A stretch of 64,000 nucleotides of DNA from NCBI RefSeq assembly GCF_009914755.1, contig NC_060947.1; one strand, given 5' to 3'. Source of the DNA: the human T2T-CHM13v2.0 reference genome, Homo sapiens. Numbering within the stretch: position 1 is the first letter of the stretch; the number at the start of each line of letters is the position of its first letter. Positions 60,341-64,000 of this stretch are shown piece after piece. The notes beneath the pieces are model-generated. The model did not search any database. It was not told the origin of the DNA and saw nothing but the letters and a program-made list of their open reading frames with translations. The position numbers and the translations under genes were made by a program.

Positions 60341-61619
60341 TGTAAAAGGAAAATAAATCTTGGGGGCCCTAAATCACTGAGCTAAAGGGAAAAGCCGAGC
60401 TGGGAACTGCTTAGGGTAGACGAACCTCTCACTCTATTCAAAGTCATCCCTCTGACACTCACCTGAGACAAATGCATATCTGATTGCTTCCTCTTCCCTA
60501 TTGTTTATGAAAAATACAGATTCACTGAGCCAGGCTAAATTGTGTATTCACTGGATGGCTGACAAAGACTCAAAATAATGCAATCTTTTGTCTTTTATCT
60601 ACTTCTAACCTGGAAACCCCCACTTCGAGTTGTCTGGTCTTACTGGACTAAACCAATGTACATCTTACACATATTGATTGGTGTCTCATGTCTCCCTAAA
60701 ATGTATAAAAGCAAACTGTACCCATGAGCACACTGGGCACATGTCTCAGTGAAATGGGAGGGTTCTCTCATCTCCCTCTCAAGATGTGCGACAGGCGTGT
60801 GGCTCCTCTGGCTGCCATGCATGTTCAAACCCCTCATGGGAAAGGGAACACACAGACAGGCAGGTGCAGAAGCTGGGGCAAGCACTCCTGGGCTCTAGAC
60901 CCATGGCAGCATCCAGGGGTGGGTGCCTGTGAAGCCCAAAGCCCAAGTGGGTGTATATTACAGTGTGCTCTTTTAGCTTTGCCATCCACGGATGGCTTAA
61001 GTGTTAAACAGCTTAATGGACCCTCTGCCTTTTCACAAGGGCAGAAAGCCAGTGTGACAGCTTTCTGTATCCCAAACTCTTGTCCAGCATCCAGGAAAAA
61101 TCAGGTCTCACATGGATTTGAAGGATGGTGAATGTGGAGGTTTTATTGAGTGGTCAGGGTGGCTCTCAGTGGGACGGATGGGGAGCTGAAAGGGAGACAG
61201 AGTCAGAAGATGATCTTTCCCTGGAGATTTGCTGTCCCCAGCTGAACTCCTCTCAATGTTCAGATGCTCCTTCTCTTCTCTCCTTCTCTGCCATTCTTCT
61301 GCTCTTCTGTTCCTCTGCTCGTCTGCTCATGGAGCCTAGGCTTTGGGGTTTATATAGGTACAGGATAGGGGGATGTGGTGGGTCCAAAGGCAACTTTTAG
61401 TCATGAAAACAGGAATGCCTGTTCCCATTTAGAGCCATGGGTTTCCAGGCTTGAGGGTAGCACTTTTGCTGGGGAACCACCCTCTCCTACCCAGTATTTC
61501 CTTGTCTCCTGTCTGTATCATCAGGACTTCCTGAGGCTGCGTCATGGGTGCATCCTTAACCTTGGCAAAATTAATTTTCAAAATTGACTGAGACCTGTCT
61601 CAGATATTTGGGGTTCACA
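60341..61619 (+). mobile_element. MER4A-type 5' LTR split by another LTR
   Basis: tgtaaaaggaaaataaatcttggggg...ctgagacctgtctcagatatttggggttcaCA. Confidence 0.9.
60750..61520 (-). mobile_element. MER50/LTR1-family ERV1 solo LTR
   Basis: Reverse complement starts tgatacagacaggagacaaggaaatactggg and ends cccatttca; 4-bp TSD tcag. Confidence 0.85.
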
Positions 61620-62699
61620 TTTGGGTAACCACAGAGGGATTCTGAGTGTAGGTGCCCCTGACCTTTCACAAATCTTCTACTGGTACTTGGTACCAGCTTG
61701 AGCTATCTTCATGGTTAAAACCAATAGGACAATTTGCTGAGGCCTGAAAGCCACCCCTCCAAAGAATCCCTGATCTCCAAAAATTTGGTTGCAATCTAAA
61801 CTTTATTTTGCTGCACAACTCCTTTTCTGAAGATTTACCTGCTTTCAACAAGGAAGGCAAGTTCTCCTGCTTCCATCACAATGGAAGGCAGGTAATTCCC
61901 TTATGAGTTTGACCTTGCTCCCAGCACGGAAGATGAATCTGAGTTTTTTCCTGCTTCTAGGGTAATAGACAGCAGTCTTCAGCCTGAGACCCATCACTAG
62001 GTAAGTAGCTCAATAGGGGTTTTGTCTTCTCTAAAGTTAAGATTAACAACAAGCTGGTCTTAATTTCTCCTTACCATTAGAGTGCTCAGTAATCATATAA
62101 ATTTTGTGATATTTTGTGTTTTTGCTTAACTTTTTTTTTTTTTTTTTTTTTTGCCGTTGTTTGTTTCTGTTTTTGTTGTTTTGGTCTTTCTTTCTTCATT
62201 GGGAAACTATCCAACTTGATCAAATCTAAAGGAAAGTTCCAAATTATGAGGAACAAGGCCTCTGAAGTGGCTAAATTTCCACAAAAGGTGGGGAGGGCTT
62301 GGGAGGAAAAATGCTCAGCAAAAGAAAAAACAATAAAGATTTTTGATTTTGAGTACTTAAGGGGCTTTATGTACATAGCAAGGCCACTTTTTTGCTATCC
62401 AGGCCAAATTGAAAGAGCAACGCTGTTGCCCCATGCTGCAGTTTCATAGCTAAGGTTCTGCCTTCTTTTTTTTCCACAACAGCCTGGGTTTGCTTCCTAA
62501 ATCAAGCCATTTCTGGTTTGATACTTGTTTCTTTTGAAACATCAGCAATTTTTCCTAGCTAAAATATGGTAATGAGATTCAGAAAGATTTTTTTAAAGGA
62601 GCTCAAGGGTTAAAAGTCAGCTTAATTAAAAGCTAACATCTGAGATGTGTGTGTGTGTGCATGTGTGCATTTGTATTAAAAGGCCTTTATTTTTTCCTC

Positions 62700-63238
62700 T
62701 GTTAGAAACAGATAATCGGTGTCGTGAAGAAAAGACAAAGGATCTCTCAGCAAGGCAATCTTTACTTTCTGCAGAAAGGGTGCCCCTCGCAGATCGAACA
62801 ATCGTGACAGCACACTTGAACAAAGGAAAAGCAGACATATTTATCATTTACGTATTTGGGTCAGCCTTACTGCTCTGTCCTGCATCCATTGGCTGGAGCT
62901 GGACCCCACAGTCTTCAACTGATACCAAATCTGCTAATAACCTAAAACTTTCCTAAACAGGTAAGTGCAAGGGAGAACAAAGAAGAAAAAGAAGTTGCTT
63001 ACTAAAGGTTTAAGGAAGCAATTAACATTTCAAAAAAGGAAGGGGCATAAGCTATGAGCTAAGACTTGCCTGGGCCTGTCCAGACATGCCTGAGTAAGCC
63101 AAAGCAACTAACTGGGCTCAAGTGTAAGAACTAGTAGTTGAGAGGAGGCTTTAGAGTAAGGAGCTATTATTTATAGTGTCTATTATTTTATTTTTAAACC
63201 AAGATGAATTTTGAAGAAAAACTTTACTACTTTCTACA
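62700..63238 (-). mobile_element. LTR10 (D/E-like) solo LTR in MER4-int
   Basis: Reverse complement starts tgtagaaagtagtaaagtttttcttcaaa; TSD tcctc/tcttc. Confidence 0.82.
63062..63101. promoter_or_regulatory. Tandem p53 half-site array
   Basis: AGACTTGCCT GGGCCTGTCC AGACATGCCT GAGTAAGCCA: two perfect and two imperfect RRRCWWGYYY. Confidence 0.7.
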
Positions 63239-64000
63239 TCTTCTCTCCTAGGACCTTGTCTTTTTTTGAGCAAAAGTTTTTTTTTTCTTCTCAGACGATG
63301 ACATTCTGTTTTCTTCATCTACTTCTGCTGTCTCTCCTTTATTTTGCTACCCTCTGTTGCATGAGGGACGTAAAATAGTTTATAATTGCCTGCATTCCTT
63401 AAAGAAAATGGAGAAGATGCCACACTCCCTTTTGGGGAGAAACCTCTATTTTTCCCAAGAGTGTAAACACACAAGTTCATCTCAGATCTTAAGCTGCTTG
63501 CTTTTGTATTGTGTTACTTGATTTTTTGACTAAAACTGTTATTAGTTTATTCTTGGATTTTTAAGGAAGAAAGTAGCTTGAACACTTAGAAATGTCTTTG
63601 TTAAAAAAAAAAAAAAGGACACTGTAAAAGCATCACTTGGTGTAGCCTCATAGTAATTCTCCCTTTTTGGAGAACTAGGATTCAGTGTGGGCTCTGCCCA
63701 GAGCTCAGAGATCCAGTTAAAAGACAGGTAGTCCCTATCTAAATACAACTGGTCTCCTTATACAATCCTATAATATATTTCTACAATTTTGTGTTTGATT
63801 TGGCATCCATCTTCAATCTCCCTCTAACATCACCAGACTCTTTCTCTCTGTGCTTTGAGAAGCAAATTTCACTATCTGATTTTTTTTACCTAAGGGTTCC
63901 TTTAATATGCACATTTAGGGCTATCTAGCTGACAATTGCCTAGGGCAATAAAATAGGTTATGAAGAAATTGTAAATCTAAAATACAAGGAAAAAATAAAG

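Larger units (their letters stand above)
61620..64000 (+). mobile_element. MER4-int (non-autonomous ERV1 internal region), running off the window
   Basis: Directly follows the LTR with a degenerate primer-binding site tgggtaaccacagagggattc; T-rich non-coding leader. Confidence 0.8.

Noticed and set aside
60724-61587. ORFs of 70-135 aa
   Set aside because: Lie inside LTR sequence; no retroviral protein motifs.

Overview
Primate (human-like) AT-rich, CpG-poor non-coding DNA. I found no intact protein-coding gene, RNA gene or CpG island. Much of the window is transposon-derived: 27 Alus, L1/L2/MIR fragments, MaLR LTRs, hAT/Tigger DNA elements, a decayed ERVL gag-pro-RT segment, several ERV1 solo LTRs and a triple-nested MER4 provirus at the right end. 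Most long ORFs in the track are Alu or low-complexity artefacts. Main non-routine observations: (1) a very diverged, intronless NCOA4-like retrocopy on the minus strand at ~42.9-45.5 kb; (2) several template-switch scars, including an exact 43-bp inverted copy of DNA from 1.1 kb away pasted into an Alu; (3) an old inverted duplication of a composite MIR-MER5/117-MaLR junction; (4) a perfect and a near-perfect p53 element carried by MER61 and LTR10 LTRs; (5) a body-less poly(A) insertion with a target-site duplication (TSD). Repeat family names and the protein comparisons are from my recall of consensus sequences, not from database searches, and boundaries are approximate unless a TSD is quoted.
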